Source: Verrucomicrobiota bacterium (GTDB lineage Bacteria > Verrucomicrobiota > Verrucomicrobiia > Limisphaerales > UBA9464). From it: a DNA stretch of 64,000 bases. Each line of letters begins with the position of its first letter. Position 1 is the stretch's first letter. Location: positions 1,376 to 65,375 of the forward strand of contig JBDNHZ010000185.1 of NCBI GenBank assembly GCA_041688515.1. The letters run 5' to 3'. The position numbers and the translations under genes are program-made. The notes under the pieces were generated by a model. The model ran no database searches and had not been told where the DNA came from. It saw only the letters and a list, made by a program, of their open reading frames with translations. Positions 27,950 through 39,300 of this stretch are shown here, piece by piece.

Positions 27950-29949
27950 GAATGGGCGACCTGATGCTTGAAGAACACGGCTCCCAATGGCGGAAGGGTG
28001 AGATGGATCGAGTTCGCCTTGAAGTGCCATCCCAACGGCGCGGCTTCCACCCCGCCCTGGTTGCCCTGTCCGCTGCCGCCGTAGTCCGGGGCATCGGTGT
28101 TGAGGATTTCGCGCCAGAATCCCGACCGGGGCACCCCGATGCGGATGTTGGTCCGCGCCACCGGCGTGAAATTGAACACCGCCAGGATAAGGTCACCGGT
28201 GCGCTGCGATTTGCGGAGGAAGCTGAGCGTGCTGTGCTCACTGTCGTTCGCGTCCACCCACTCAAACCCCGCGGGATCCGCGTCACCCTCGTGCAGGGCG
28301 GGTTCATTCCGGTAAAGCCCGTTCAACTGCCCGACCAGCTTCTGGATGCCATTGTGCGCATTGCCGTCCTCGACCAGGTGCCAGTCCAGGCTCGACTCAT
28401 GGTTCCACTCGCGCCACTGGCCAAACTCGCCTCCCATGAACAGCAGTTTCTTGCCGGGTTGCGCCCACTGGTACGCCAGCAGCAGCCGCAGATTCGCCAT
28501 CTTCTGCCAGACATCTCCCGGCATTTTTCCGAGCAGGGATCCCTTGCCGTGCACGACCTCATCGTGTGAGAGCGGCAGGGTGAAGTTCTCCGCGAACGCG
28601 TACACGCCGCGGAACGACAACTGCTGATGATGGTACTTCCGGTGGATCGGATCCTCCGAGAGGTACTTCAGGGTGTCGTGCATCCATCCCATGTCCCACT
28701 TGAAGCCGAATCCAAGGCCGCCGGCATAGGAGGGACGGGACACCTGGGGCCAGGAGGTCGATTCCTCCGCATAGGTCTGCACATCGGGAAACTCCCGATA
28801 CACGGTCTCATTGAATCTCCGGAGGAAGTCGATCGCCTCCAGGTTCTCGCGCCCACCGTATTTGTTGGGCACCCATTCCCCCTCCTTGCGCGAGTAATCG
28901 AGATAGAGCATCGACGCCACCGCATCCACGCGCAGGCCGTCAACGTGGAACTTCTCCAGCCAGAAGACCGCATTGCTGAGAAGGAAGCTGCGCACCTCGT
29001 GCCGGCCGTAGTTGAAGATGTAGCTGTTCCAGTCCGGGTGGAACCCCTGCTTCATGTCCGCATGCTCGTAGAGGTGGGTGCCGTCAAAATAGGCCAGCCC
29101 ATGCTCGTCGGTGGGGAAGTGCGACGGCACCCAATCGAGGATCACCGCGATGCCCTGCTGGTGCAGGACGTCGATCAGGTACATCAGGTCCTGCGGCGTT
29201 CCGTAGCGTCCCGTCGGGGCGAAATAGCCGGTCGTCTGGTACCCCCACGATCCATAGAACGGATGCTTCATCACCGGCATGAACTCGACGTGCGTGAATC
29301 CGTGGCGGACCAGGTAGGCGGCCAACTTCGGCGCCAGCTCGCGATAAGTGAGCCACCGATTGTCCTCCTCCCCCACGCGCATCCACGAGCCGAGATGCAT
29401 CTCATAGATCGAGATCGGGCTTTGCAGGGTCTGGCGAGACCCGCGGGTCTTCATCCAATCGGTATCATTCCACTCGTAGTCCAGGCTCCAGACCATCGAC
29501 GCCGTCTTCGGCGCGGTCTCATGGCGGAACCCGTAGGGATCGGCCTTGTCCACCTCGAAGCCGTCGAGGCGCGAGACGATGTGGAACTTGTAGGTTGCGC
29601 CGTGGCCGATCTTGGGGACGAACCCGCTCCAGACGCCGGAACCGCCCGTCGGCTGCAGGGGATGCCGCTCCTTGTTCCACTCATTGAAGTCGCCCATGAC
29701 GGAGACCCGTGCCGCATTCGGAGCCCAGACCGCGAAGGAAACTCCCGGCACGCCATTCTGCTCCACGGGATGCGCGCCCATCTTCCGGTAGACATGACAA
29801 TGCGTTCCCTCGTTGAACCAATGCAGATCATCGCCCGTCATCCACGGAAGGCTCTCGCGGGCGGGCGCGCGGGCCGGAACGAGGTCGGGGGAGGTTTTTC
29901 GTTTCGCCATATAGTGTCGGATGCTCGGATTCCTGCGTGCCATCCGCAT
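27946..29949 (-). CDS. glgB: 1,4-alpha-glucan branching enzyme
   Basis: [50 protein letters not shown] 29949 lies 2 nt after the glgC stop; an alternative ATG at 29910 (MAKRKTS) is possible. Confidence 0.9.
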   Translation of the reverse strand: MRMARRNPSIRHYMAKRKTSPDLVPARAPARESLPWMTGDDLHWFNEGTHCHVYRKMGAHPVEQNGVPGVSFAVWAPNAARVSVMGDFNEWNKERHPLQPTGGSGVWSGFVPKIGHGATYKFHIVSRLDGFEVDKADPYGFRHETAPKTASMVWSLDYEWNDTDWMKTRGSRQTLQSPISIYEMHLGSWMRVGEEDNRWLTYRELAPKLAAYLVRHGFTHVEFMPVMKHPFYGSWGYQTTGYFAPTGRYGTPQDLMYLIDVLHQQGIAVILDWVPSHFPTDEHGLAYFDGTHLYEHADMKQGFHPDWNSYIFNYGRHEVRSFLLSNAVFWLEKFHVDGLRVDAVASMLYLDYSRKEGEWVPNKYGGRENLEAIDFLRRFNETVYREFPDVQTYAEESTSWPQVSRPSYAGGLGFGFKWDMGWMHDTLKYLSEDPIHRKYHHQQLSFRGVYAFAENFTLPLSHDEVVHGKGSLLGKMPGDVWQKMANLRLLLAYQWAQPGKKLLFMGGEFGQWREWNHESSLDWHLVEDGNAHNGIQKLVGQLNGLYRNEPALHEGDADPAGFEWVDANDSEHSTLSFLRKSQRTGDLILAVFNFTPVARTNIRIGVPRSGFWREILNTDAPDYGGSGQGNQGGVEAAPLGWHFKANSIHLTLPPLGAVFFKHQVAHS

Positions 29950-29951
29950 CG

Positions 29952-31250
29952 TCAGATGGTCGTGCCGCTCGGGATGATCTGGTTCTTGGGAATGATGACG
30001 ATCCCGTCGCGGATGTAGTACAGATCGTGATCCACGTGGGCCGGCTTACCCTCGGGCGAGATCACCACCCGGTCACCGATCCGGACGTTCTTGTCGATGA
30101 TCGCATTCTGAATCCGGACATCACGCCCGATGCCGAGGCGGGGCCGGCCGGTGCCCGCATTTTCCTGGAGCGATTCGGGGGTTTCATAGTAGTCGGAACC
30201 GAGGATGAGCGATCGATGGATGTCGCTTCCCTCCCCGATAAAACTTCGGATCCCCACCACGGCCTCGGTGAGCCGGCAGCGATCCAGAATGCAGCCGTCC
30301 GCAATCATGGACAACCGGGCATGGACGTCATTGAGCCGCGTCGAGGGGAGAACCCTCCAGCGGCTGAAGATGGGCGCCTGCGGGTCGAAGAAGTCGAAGC
30401 GCGGCTCGAGGCTGGCGAGCTGCAGGTTAGCCTCGAAGAAGGAGCGGATCGTCCCCACGTCCTCCCAATACCCCTGAAACACGTAGGGATGAACCTGCGT
30501 CGTCTGGATGGCGTGAGGGATGACGTGTTTGCCGAAATCCATCAGCGTATTGTCGAGGAGCTTGAAGAGCGCCTCGCGCTCGAAGAGGTAGATTCCCATC
30601 GAGGCGAGGAAGAACTCACCCTCCCCTTCGATGCCGAGCTGGTCCTTCCGTGCGGCGTCGAGGCGGAGCGGATCCTGGTCCTCCTTCTCCTTGGGTTTCT
30701 CCAGGAAACCGGTGATCCGGGACTGCTCGTCCAACTGGAAGACTCCGCAGGCCGGCACGTCGGAACGCCGGATCGGGATCGCCGCAACGGTCACCTGGGC
30801 CTTCGTTCGCTTGTGCTGCTCGATCAGGTCGGCGTAGTCCATCCGATACAACTGGTCGCCGCTCAGGATCAGGAGCCGCTCAAAATCATGATCCTTCAGG
30901 TGCGCCAGGTTCTTCCGGATCGCGTCCGCGGTCCCTTGGTACCAGTCGGAATCAGCCGTGGTCTGCTGCGCCGCCATGATCTCCACGAATCCACCGCCGA
31001 ACGAGTCGAACCGGTAGGAGTGGGTGATATGATGGTGTAACGATGCTGAATTGAACTGCGTCAGCACAAAGATCCGGCGAAGGCCCGAGTTGATGCAATT
31101 GGAGATCGGGATATCCACCAACCGGAACTCGCCTCCGATCGGCACTGCCGGCTTGGACCGGTCCTTGGTGAGGGGAAACAGGCGGGTGCCCGCGCCGCCG
31201 CCCAGGACCGCCACCAGCACGGAACGATTAAGGGAACTGCTCTTCTTCAC
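29952..31250 (-). CDS. glgC: glucose-1-phosphate adenylyltransferase
   Basis: [44 protein letters not shown] plus a left-handed beta-helix C-terminus. The ORF-track start at 31574 adds about 108 implausible residues. GTG 31250 ([10 protein letters not shown]...) gives a normal 433-aa protein. Confidence 0.9.
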   Translation of the reverse strand: MKKSSSLNRSVLVAVLGGGAGTRLFPLTKDRSKPAVPIGGEFRLVDIPISNCINSGLRRIFVLTQFNSASLHHHITHSYRFDSFGGGFVEIMAAQQTTADSDWYQGTADAIRKNLAHLKDHDFERLLILSGDQLYRMDYADLIEQHKRTKAQVTVAAIPIRRSDVPACGVFQLDEQSRITGFLEKPKEKEDQDPLRLDAARKDQLGIEGEGEFFLASMGIYLFEREALFKLLDNTLMDFGKHVIPHAIQTTQVHPYVFQGYWEDVGTIRSFFEANLQLASLEPRFDFFDPQAPIFSRWRVLPSTRLNDVHARLSMIADGCILDRCRLTEAVVGIRSFIGEGSDIHRSLILGSDYYETPESLQENAGTGRPRLGIGRDVRIQNAIIDKNVRIGDRVVISPEGKPAHVDHDLYYIRDGIVIIPKNQIIPSGTTI

Positions 31251-31320
31251 ATCGCGATTCTTTACCGGGTGGAAGCGACGGTCTACTGGGCAGTTCCCGG
31301 CTCGGCTCTCAGTAAAACAC

Positions 31321-33456
31321 TTAGTGCAATGATGCCGGACGGGCACGGCGCAGTCGGACCAGCACGCGCAGCGAGTCCGCCAGGTCCCGGGCCGCACGAA
31401 TGGCCTCCAGACTGATCCGTGTCCTGCGCCGCCAATTGATGCGTTCGCTCGAGGTCCCCGGGGTGTTTTGGGGCAGGGTCTCCAGCCAGAGATCCTCCAG
31501 ATTGATGACCACCCACCGGGCCGGGCTGGCGGCAAGATGGTTCTGGAGCGCCTCCAATACCGCGCCGGGCCCAACCGCTCCGCGCTTCAACCCTCCGCAG
31601 CGGCGGAGGTAGCGGACCAATGCGGTGCGGATGCGATCCCGGTCAAGGCGTTCCTTCGCAAGGTCGCCCCGTTTGATCAGTCCGAGGTGGTGGCGATCGT
31701 CGATGTCGATGCCTTGCCAGAAGGCGGCAAAGGTCGGCATGTCATGGGTGTTCAGGCTCGCGATCACAGACGACGGAATCCGGGGCAGCGCGGCATTGGC
31801 CTTGGGACGCGCCTCATACTGCACCACGAACATGCCGCTGACGCCGTGGCGCCGGAGGGAACGATCCACCTCCGCAGGCACCGTCCCGAGGTTCTCGCCG
31901 ATGATGACGGCCTGGTGCCGGTGCGATTCGATGCTCAGCATGGCGTAGAATTCCGGGGCCGGATACGAGACGTAGGCTCCCTGACTCGCGGGGACACCCA
32001 CCGGCACCCAGTAGAGACGGTGCAATCCCATGACGTGATCGAAACGAAGCATGCGGGCGTGCCTCAGGTGGTGGCGCAGGTAGGACCGGATGTACGCATG
32101 CCCCTGCTCCTGGCTCCGTCCGGGATGGATGGGAGCGAATCCCCAATCCTGCCCCTGGGTGAAGACCGGATCCGGCGGTGCCCCCCCCGATGCCGCCAGC
32201 GCGAACAATTTCTGGTGCCGCCAGGCATCGTAACCGTCGCGATGCGTGCCCAGCGGCATGTCGAGATAGAGATCGACGTCCTGGGCGCGGGCATGGCGCG
32301 AAAGCGCGGCCATCTGCTCATGCGCCAGCCACTGGGTGTACAGATGGTATCGCAACCGCGCTGCCCGGCAGTCGCCATCCCGCACATCGCCGCGGCGCAT
32401 CCGCACTGGCCACTGCGTCCACGAACCTCCCTGCTCTTCATGCATTGCGCGGAATCGCGAATAGTCGGCGACCTCTGGATGCTCCCGCAGAAAGTCGTCG
32501 AAAACCTGACGCCGCGGGCCGGACCGGGCGAAGAACGAGCGACTCAATACCTCCAGCACCTCGCGCTTGAGCGCCATCTGGGCGGCGTAGTCCACCAGCG
32601 AAGCCTGGTTCAACGAACGGATCCGTTTCCCGAACGACAGCGATTCCATCAGCCGCCGGGCGGCGGGACACGACGCCAACTCCGGCACAGCCGTCACATC
32701 GAGATAGAATTCGTTCCAGAAGAGGCGGCTCACCGGCGAGTAAGGGCTCGGTTCGCAGGGCTTCTCCAGAAACGCGGGCAGGAGCGGCAATGTGCCGACA
32801 AATCCGCCTCCCTGTCCGCCCAGCCACGTGATGAAATCCGACAGGTCCGTGAAATCACCCGCACCCCAGCTGCGTTCCGAATGCAGGGCATGGAGCGGGG
32901 CGAATGCCCCCCATTCGCGACGCGATGCCGGGCCTTGAAAGCATCGCTCGGGAGCCGAGAACACCTCGGTTTCAAACTGGTTGCCGGCGCATTCCACCGT
33001 CACGCGATGGTATCCGGCGGGCAGCCGTCCGGGAATCGGCAGCAGCCGGGTGACGAACCGCACGCCGTCCACCCTCCCAAACGCCTTCACCTTCAATCGT
33101 TCCAGCCGGGTTTCAGTCCGGCGGGTTTCCCCGTCTTCCATCCGCCACTCGCAGCGCAGCGCGCCGGCGGAATCCGGGGCCGGCAATTGCACCGGGACCG
33201 CCGTGCGGGTTCCGATCCACGCGACCTGGACCGGATCCAATACGCGTTTCGCCCGGGTGAGTCGCATGACGTTCAAGGCTTCGGGCACGTCACCCGCACC
33301 CTCCATCGGCACCCCCAGCGTTCGCAGTACGGCCAGCATTGACTCCGTCGAGGCCGGTTGACGTCGTCCGGCCATGTCCACATAGCCGGTCTGAATGCCG
33401 CTGAGACGCGCGAGGTGGCGCAACGCGATGATGGATGGTTCTGAAGTATGGCTCAT
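31321..33456 (-). CDS. malQ: 4-alpha-glucanotransferase (amylomaltase, GH77) with N-terminal extension
   Basis: RMLRFDHVMGLHRLYWVP, IIGENLGTVP, SLNTHDMPTFAAFW. Start at ATG 33456 (MSHTSEPSII). Confidence 0.85.
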   Translation of the reverse strand: MSHTSEPSIIALRHLARLSGIQTGYVDMAGRRQPASTESMLAVLRTLGVPMEGAGDVPEALNVMRLTRAKRVLDPVQVAWIGTRTAVPVQLPAPDSAGALRCEWRMEDGETRRTETRLERLKVKAFGRVDGVRFVTRLLPIPGRLPAGYHRVTVECAGNQFETEVFSAPERCFQGPASRREWGAFAPLHALHSERSWGAGDFTDLSDFITWLGGQGGGFVGTLPLLPAFLEKPCEPSPYSPVSRLFWNEFYLDVTAVPELASCPAARRLMESLSFGKRIRSLNQASLVDYAAQMALKREVLEVLSRSFFARSGPRRQVFDDFLREHPEVADYSRFRAMHEEQGGSWTQWPVRMRRGDVRDGDCRAARLRYHLYTQWLAHEQMAALSRHARAQDVDLYLDMPLGTHRDGYDAWRHQKLFALAASGGAPPDPVFTQGQDWGFAPIHPGRSQEQGHAYIRSYLRHHLRHARMLRFDHVMGLHRLYWVPVGVPASQGAYVSYPAPEFYAMLSIESHRHQAVIIGENLGTVPAEVDRSLRRHGVSGMFVVQYEARPKANAALPRIPSSVIASLNTHDMPTFAAFWQGIDIDDRHHLGLIKRGDLAKERLDRDRIRTALVRYLRRCGGLKRGAVGPGAVLEALQNHLAASPARWVVINLEDLWLETLPQNTPGTSSERINWRRRTRISLEAIRAARDLADSLRVLVRLRRARPASLH

Positions 33457-33516
33457 GGTGTATCGTTGGGGTCCGCCGCGGGCACTCCGCCCAGGGCGGA
33501 GCATCCGGCAAGCGCA

Positions 33517-34755
33517 TCAAGGCTCATTGGACTTTGCGGGAATGTCCTCCAGGCGTTTTTCCTCGACACTGATGGTGACGTGACGGGGGGCGATGTCGTC
33601 GAGTTTAAGCTCCCTCGGAAACGTCAGGTCGCCGGGCTCGATGAGCACCCTGTTCATACCCTTGCCCACGCCGGAAAGATCCAGGACGAGCTTGATATCC
33701 TCGCTTCCCCTGAACCCGAAAGCACTGCGCTGACCGACCACCGTCACCTTGACAACGTCAGGCACAATCTTGGCCACCGAGAGGGTGCTGGGCACCAGCC
33801 CATAGCTCACCGCGACATCAAAGGTCTTCTGCACCGTCTGGGAGCGCTGGACCACCACCACCCACAAACCGACGGCCAGCGCCAGGGCGACGGCCTTCTC
33901 GCGATAGTTGACCTGCAAGATCCTCCGAAAGGATGTGGTCTCGGTGCGGGGCGCAATCTCGTCGTAGAAGGCGGTCAGGATATCCACAAGCTGCGCCGGC
34001 GTGGATACCCCCAGGATACTGCCGGCGCGGGCCACCGAGATGGTCCCCCGTTCCTCCGACACGATCAGGCACAACGCGTCGGTACGTTCGGAAAGGCCGA
34101 GCCCCGCCGCATGGCGCGTTCCGCTGCGGGGCAACTTCTCCAGGTTCTTGGACAGCGGCAGATGGCATCCCAGCTTGTCAATCAGGTGACCGTCGATGAT
34201 GACCGCGCCATCGTGGCCGATGGAATGCGGGTCAAAGATGCTCTTCAGAAGAGGTTCGCTCAGGCGTCCTCCGACCTCCTCCCCGCCCTCCAGGTGCCGG
34301 GCGATGGAGTCCTTTCCACGGATGACCACCAGCGCACCGATCCGGGCGCGGGCGAGGTCACCCAGCGTTCGCGCCAGCGTCTCAACCTCACTGCGGGGCA
34401 GGCCCGCGGTCGTCCTCCGGTAACGCGGCAGCCGGCACTCGACCCACCAGAGGCCGACGCGCTCAAAGAAGTACCGCAGGTCCTCCTGGAAGATCACCAC
34501 CAGCGCCACGAGGATCACCGCGAAGAACCCCTGCAGCAGGGCGATGGTGAGCACGAGATTCAGCTTCTGAGCCGCGAGGTAGATGGCGGCGACAATGACC
34601 ACGCCCATGAAGATCAGGCCGGAGCGCCGGGTGCGCTTCAGCGCGATCAGGAAGGCGTAGATGACCAGCGTCACGACCACGATGTCCAACAGGCCTGACC
34701 AGCCGACGTCGCCCAGGGCCGAGGCGGCGTGTTTGAGGCGGTCCACGAGGTTCAT
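33517..34755 (-). CDS. cdaA: diadenylate cyclase CdaA fused to a C-terminal YbbR-like (CdaR-type) domain
   Basis: Three N-terminal TM helices. DAC domain with HDGAVII (DGA) and GTRHAAGLGLSERTDALCLIVSEERGTISVA (RHR-type). A further TM (AVALALAVGLWVVVV), then a YbbR-like beta module (VKVTVVGQRSAF...IKLVLDLSGVGKGMNRVLIEPGDLTFP...IAPRHVTISVEEK). Confidence 0.85.
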   Translation of the reverse strand: MNLVDRLKHAASALGDVGWSGLLDIVVVTLVIYAFLIALKRTRRSGLIFMGVVIVAAIYLAAQKLNLVLTIALLQGFFAVILVALVVIFQEDLRYFFERVGLWWVECRLPRYRRTTAGLPRSEVETLARTLGDLARARIGALVVIRGKDSIARHLEGGEEVGGRLSEPLLKSIFDPHSIGHDGAVIIDGHLIDKLGCHLPLSKNLEKLPRSGTRHAAGLGLSERTDALCLIVSEERGTISVARAGSILGVSTPAQLVDILTAFYDEIAPRTETTSFRRILQVNYREKAVALALAVGLWVVVVQRSQTVQKTFDVAVSYGLVPSTLSVAKIVPDVVKVTVVGQRSAFGFRGSEDIKLVLDLSGVGKGMNRVLIEPGDLTFPRELKLDDIAPRHVTISVEEKRLEDIPAKSNEP

Positions 34756-34759
34756 GGCA

Positions 34760-35821
34760 TCAGCTCAGAAAGGGCTTCCGCGGCTCGACCCTGGACGGGA
34801 CGCGCAGCCGTTTCAACAGGCGGGCCTGAAGCCACAACTCGCGGGCGCGCCAAATCTCCTCGGTGGCGTCGATGCTGACGGGGCAACTGCCCCCCGCGAT
34901 CGGTCCATGGCCGCCGGCTTGTTTGCAATTCTCAAAGACGTCCCGCAACACCTCACCGGCCTGGGCGTCAGAACGGTTGGTGCGCAACGAGGCATGCAGA
35001 CGCCCCTTGTACCGCCCGGTCACGAAACAGCACACCACCCGCTGGTAGGCCAGGAGGAACTCCGCCACCTGCGAGACCAGGTCGGGAGTTTCCACGGTCC
35101 CCAGGTGGGACACCAGCACCCGCCGGTGCAGCGTGGCGTCGCGGATGCCTTTGCCCAGTGTGGCGAAAAACTTCCGGGAGCGCACCGGGTTCTGGATGCG
35201 TGCCAGCAGGCGCATGTCGCAGTGATGCAACACCTGCAGATACGTCGCAACGACATCCGGCCGTTTGGCGCGGTAGAGGTCAAGTGTGTCGGTCAGGATG
35301 CCGTACGCCAGCGCAGTGGCCACGCGCGTCGGAATCTTCGTCCCGTTCTGCAGAAGGGCCTGGGCAATGATCACGCACGTCGCGCCGCATTCCGGATCCA
35401 CCACGGCCAGATCCGCGCTGGGAACGGAAGCGGACGGATGCTGGTCGATGACCATCGTCGCCTTGCGATCCTTCGGAAATGAGTTGTTCTCAAAGGCCGG
35501 CTGGGTGTCCACCAGCGCGACCGAGGCGTACTTCTTGAACCACGCCGGTTTGATCCGGTGGATTGGGATCTTCAGCAGGCGCACCATCGCCTTGTTTTCC
35601 GTGCGTCCAACCTCACCCCCGTAGGCGATCCGCGACGTGATTCCGAAACCGCCCTGCGCCAGGTGCTGCAACGCCATCGCCGCCGCCAGGGCATCGGGAT
35701 CCGGGTAGTCGTGGGTCAGGATCAGCAGCGGGGAGAGCTTCTCGCGATTGCGGGCAAGATACTGAAGGAGCCGCTGCGGGGCGGTGCCGATGGTCGACTG
35801 TGGTTCGGATCGGTTGATCAT
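34760..35821 (-). CDS. DHH/DHHA1-family phosphoesterase (NrnA / c-di-AMP phosphodiesterase-like)
   Basis: LILTHDYPDPDALAAAMAL, ALVDTQP, MVIDQHP, GILTDT, GGHGPIAGG (DHHA1 GGGH-type). Start at ATG 35821 (MINRSEPQ), overlapping the upstream stop (ATGA). The stop lies 4 nt before the cdaA start. Confidence 0.8.
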   Translation of the reverse strand: MINRSEPQSTIGTAPQRLLQYLARNREKLSPLLILTHDYPDPDALAAAMALQHLAQGGFGITSRIAYGGEVGRTENKAMVRLLKIPIHRIKPAWFKKYASVALVDTQPAFENNSFPKDRKATMVIDQHPSASVPSADLAVVDPECGATCVIIAQALLQNGTKIPTRVATALAYGILTDTLDLYRAKRPDVVATYLQVLHHCDMRLLARIQNPVRSRKFFATLGKGIRDATLHRRVLVSHLGTVETPDLVSQVAEFLLAYQRVVCCFVTGRYKGRLHASLRTNRSDAQAGEVLRDVFENCKQAGGHGPIAGGSCPVSIDATEEIWRARELWLQARLLKRLRVPSRVEPRKPFLS

Positions 35822-36303
35822 TCCGGCTTCAGGGCCAGGGACGTCAGGGTAGCCCGACACGGGCGGCCGCCCTTGTCGGGTTTGATCCACAGCCGGAGAT
35901 GGGTGATTGCCTCGCCGGCGATCGCCCAATCCTCGCGTTCAAGGGTGGTGTTGGGCGGCGAGAAGTTGAACTCCTGGCGGACCAGTTCCTGGTAACCGCG
36001 GCCCCCGTCCCGGGAGACCGCCAGTTGCAGTTCCTGGGTCCGGCTGTCCTGCGTTTCTTCCACCTCCACGAGGACACGCCCGATCCGCTGGGGGACGTCA
36101 AACGCAAGGATCAGCGTCTGTTCACCCGGCGTCGCGGCGATCCACCGGCTGGCGCCCGGGCCGCGATGGCCATCGAACGCATTCTCGACGGGATGCTCCG
36201 GCGACTCGGACGTGATCATCACGGTGGCGAGGGAGGCCACATCCAGTTCGTCGTGCGACGAAACCGGAGCGGCAGGATCGGACCCAAGGATTTGTTTTCG
36301 CAT
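35818..36303 (-). CDS. small galactose-binding-domain-like (F5/8 type C / discoidin-like) protein, no signal peptide seen
   Basis: 161 aa. ESPEHPVENAFDGHRGPGASRWIAATPGEQTLILAFDVPQRIGRVLVEVEE resembles the discoidin-domain N-terminal strands. Fold call is by pattern only. Confidence 0.55.
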   Translation of the reverse strand: MRKQILGSDPAAPVSSHDELDVASLATVMITSESPEHPVENAFDGHRGPGASRWIAATPGEQTLILAFDVPQRIGRVLVEVEETQDSRTQELQLAVSRDGGRGYQELVRQEFNFSPPNTTLEREDWAIAGEAITHLRLWIKPDKGGRPCRATLTSLALKPE

Positions 36304-36341
36304 GGCTTATTCCTCGAACGCGCCGGCTCGGAGGCCCGGCG

Positions 36342-39300
36342 CTACTTGTTTTCGTCCAGAAGGTGAAGGACCCCCTGCAGCGGGATCTTCAGCCACGCCG
36401 GACGGTTGTTCAGTTCGTATCCGATCTCATAGATGGCTTTATTGAGCAGGTAGGCCTGCAGGACCATGCGCCGTTCCTCGGAGGTGGAGGGGAGGATCTC
36501 CGAACTACCCAGAGCCTTTAGGTAGGCCCGCAGGAAACTGGCGCTGACGGCAAGGTTCCAGAAGCGCGCCCACGGTTCGTAGGTCGCCCGGTTCTCCGGC
36601 GACAGTCTCCCGCGCTCCACCTGCTGCTCCAGTCCGAAGTAGGCGGCGTAGTGGAAGGACCGGATCATTCCCGCCACGTCGCGCAGCGCCGACCGCTTGA
36701 TGAGACGTTCGCTCAGGGCCACCGCGGGCTCACCTTCGAAATCGATGATGACGAAGTCCTTGCCTGTCCAGAGGACCTGGCCCAGGTGATAGTCGCCGTG
36801 AATGCGGATCCGCCGGGCGCTGATGTTGCGCTGGAACAGGGGCTTGTACCGGTTGATGATCTCGCCCTCGAGCGCGCCGACCTTAGCCGCCATCGGCGCG
36901 ACGTCCGCGGGAAGCGTCTTGATCTGCTTGCGCAGCACCCGGAGGTTCTGCGACGCAAGATTGCGCATCGACTGGAACAGCCCGCGCAGGTAGTGCGGCG
37001 TGAAGGGTTCGGAGGCGAAGCTCGTATCCTCCGGCTCGGACGCCAGCGCGAGGTGCATGGCGGCGGTGCGCTCACCCAGCATCCGGGCGGACTCCAGGTA
37101 GGTGCCGACGGTTTCCTGCACGATAGAGGAAGGCTCCTCGCCGCTGAGGCGGAACAAGTCGCCGCCCATGGCCGGCGGCTTTTCGCCCTTCGCATGGAGC
37201 ACGCCCACGCGGTCGTAGTAACGACCCAATGCGTCCAGGGCGACCTCCCAGGCATCCTTCGCGTTCGGAACGAATCCTGAGATGATGGCGAGGCTGCTCC
37301 GCTCGCCGTTGGAGGCGTGATACTCCAGCGCTCCGGCCAGCGGGGCCACGTTCGGGAACTTCTTTTCCGTAAGGAACCGTCCGATCTCCAGGTCGGGATT
37401 GATCCCCACGTCCAGGCGCCGGAACAGCTTCATCATGAGCTTGTCTCCGAACAGTACCGACGAGTTGCTCTGCTCCGCCTTGCCGAGCGTGGGAGTCGGG
37501 GCCTTGGCTGCCCCCAGGATGCTCCGCATCGCGAGGGTGCGCGAACCTTCGACCACGCCCTGCGCCCCCGCGCTGCGGCCGCCCTTGGAGGCCATTCCCA
37601 GCAGCGCCTTGCAGAAGGCCGGGCTCCCCAGCGCGTCGTGCAGGACCCCGGCGGGTCCGCCTTCCACCTTCAGGTCGGCGATGACCAGCCGGGGCGAATT
37701 CTCGCGGAGCTGTTGGGCGTCCTTGCCGGACGCGAATGCCAGCGGCATGGAATACAATTCCGGATCCCCCTGCACATAGTCCACCAGCAGGAGCGTCAGG
37801 TAACCCAGTTCCTTCCCATCCGCCGGCACCGGTGCGGCTTCCTTGAGGGTGAGCGACTTGATCTCCTTGGCCTTCCCCCCGAACCACCGTTGGGCCCGGA
37901 CATAGTCCGGCAGCAAGGCTTCCAAGGCGGTTTTGGACCTTCCTTTGAACACATCGGACCACTCGTTCATCACCGTCAACGACCGTGCCGCCAGCGGCCC
38001 ATTGGACAGGGTTGCCGAAACATCGGCCTGCTTGTTCTCCAGCGAGAACCAGTAGAACGCGTGCGGCCCCATCGTAATCAGGTACGGCTTGTCGGTGATG
38101 GGCGGGAAATCCGTGCGGCCGAACAGCTCGACCGGCACCATCTTGTCGAAGGCGGAGAGATCCAGTTGGACCGGTTGCACGAAGCGCGACAGGTTGGCCA
38201 CGACCAGCAGGGTCTCCTTCTCATGCCGCAGGACATAGCAGAGGATCCTGCGGTTTTCGGGTTGGAGGAACTCGCATTTTCCCTCGCCCAGAGCGCGCCA
38301 CTTCTTCCGAAGCGCCAGCAGGCGGCGGGTCCACCACAGCAGGGAATGGGGGTTGCCCATCTGGCCTTCCACGTTCACCGCCTCATAGTGGTACTCCGGG
38401 TCGTAGATGATGGGCAGGTAAAGGGCCTGCGGATTCGCACGTGAGAAGCCGGCATTCTTGTCGGAACTCCACTGCATGGGCGTCCGCACCCCATTACGAT
38501 CCCCGAGGAAGATATTCTCACCCATGCCGATCTCGTCCCCGTAGTAGAGGACGGGCGTGCCCGGGAGGGAAAAGAGTAGCGCGTTGAGCAACTCGATGCG
38601 CTTGCGATCGTTTCCGAGCAGGGGCGCGAGCCGGCGGCGGATGCCCAGGTTCAGCCGGGCCTGGTGAACGTTGGCGTACATGCGGTACATGTAGTCACGC
38701 TCCTCGTCCGTCACCATTTCCAGCGTCAGTTCATCGTGGTTGCGCAGGAACAGTGCCCACTGGGCGGTCTCCGGGATCGCCGGCGTCTGCTCAAGGATGT
38801 CCACGATGGGGGTGCTGTCCTCCATGCGAAGCGCCATGAACAGGCGCGGCATGAGGGGAAAGTGAAAGGCCACATGGCACTCGTCGCCCTTGCCTTCACC
38901 GAAGTACGCCACGGCGTCCTCCGGCCACTGGTTGGCCTCGCCCAGCATCATACGGTCCCCGTACTTCTCGTCCACGTGGGCGCGCAGCCTCTTCAGGGCC
39001 CCGTGGGTCTCCTTGAGGTTCTCGCAGCTCGTGCCCTCGCGCTCGAAGAGATAGGGCACAGCGTCCAGCCGGACGCCGTCCACGCCGAGATCCAGCCAGA
39101 AATCCATCACCTTGATCATCTCGTCGAAGACCTCGGGATTATCGAAATTGAGGTCCGGCTGGTGCGAGAAGAAACGGTGCCAATAATACGCTCCGGCCAC
39201 ATGGTCCCAGCTCCAGTTCGACACCTCGACATCCTTGAAGATGATGCGGGCCTCCTTGTACTTCTCCCGGGTGTCGCTCCAGACGTAGAAATCCCTCCAC

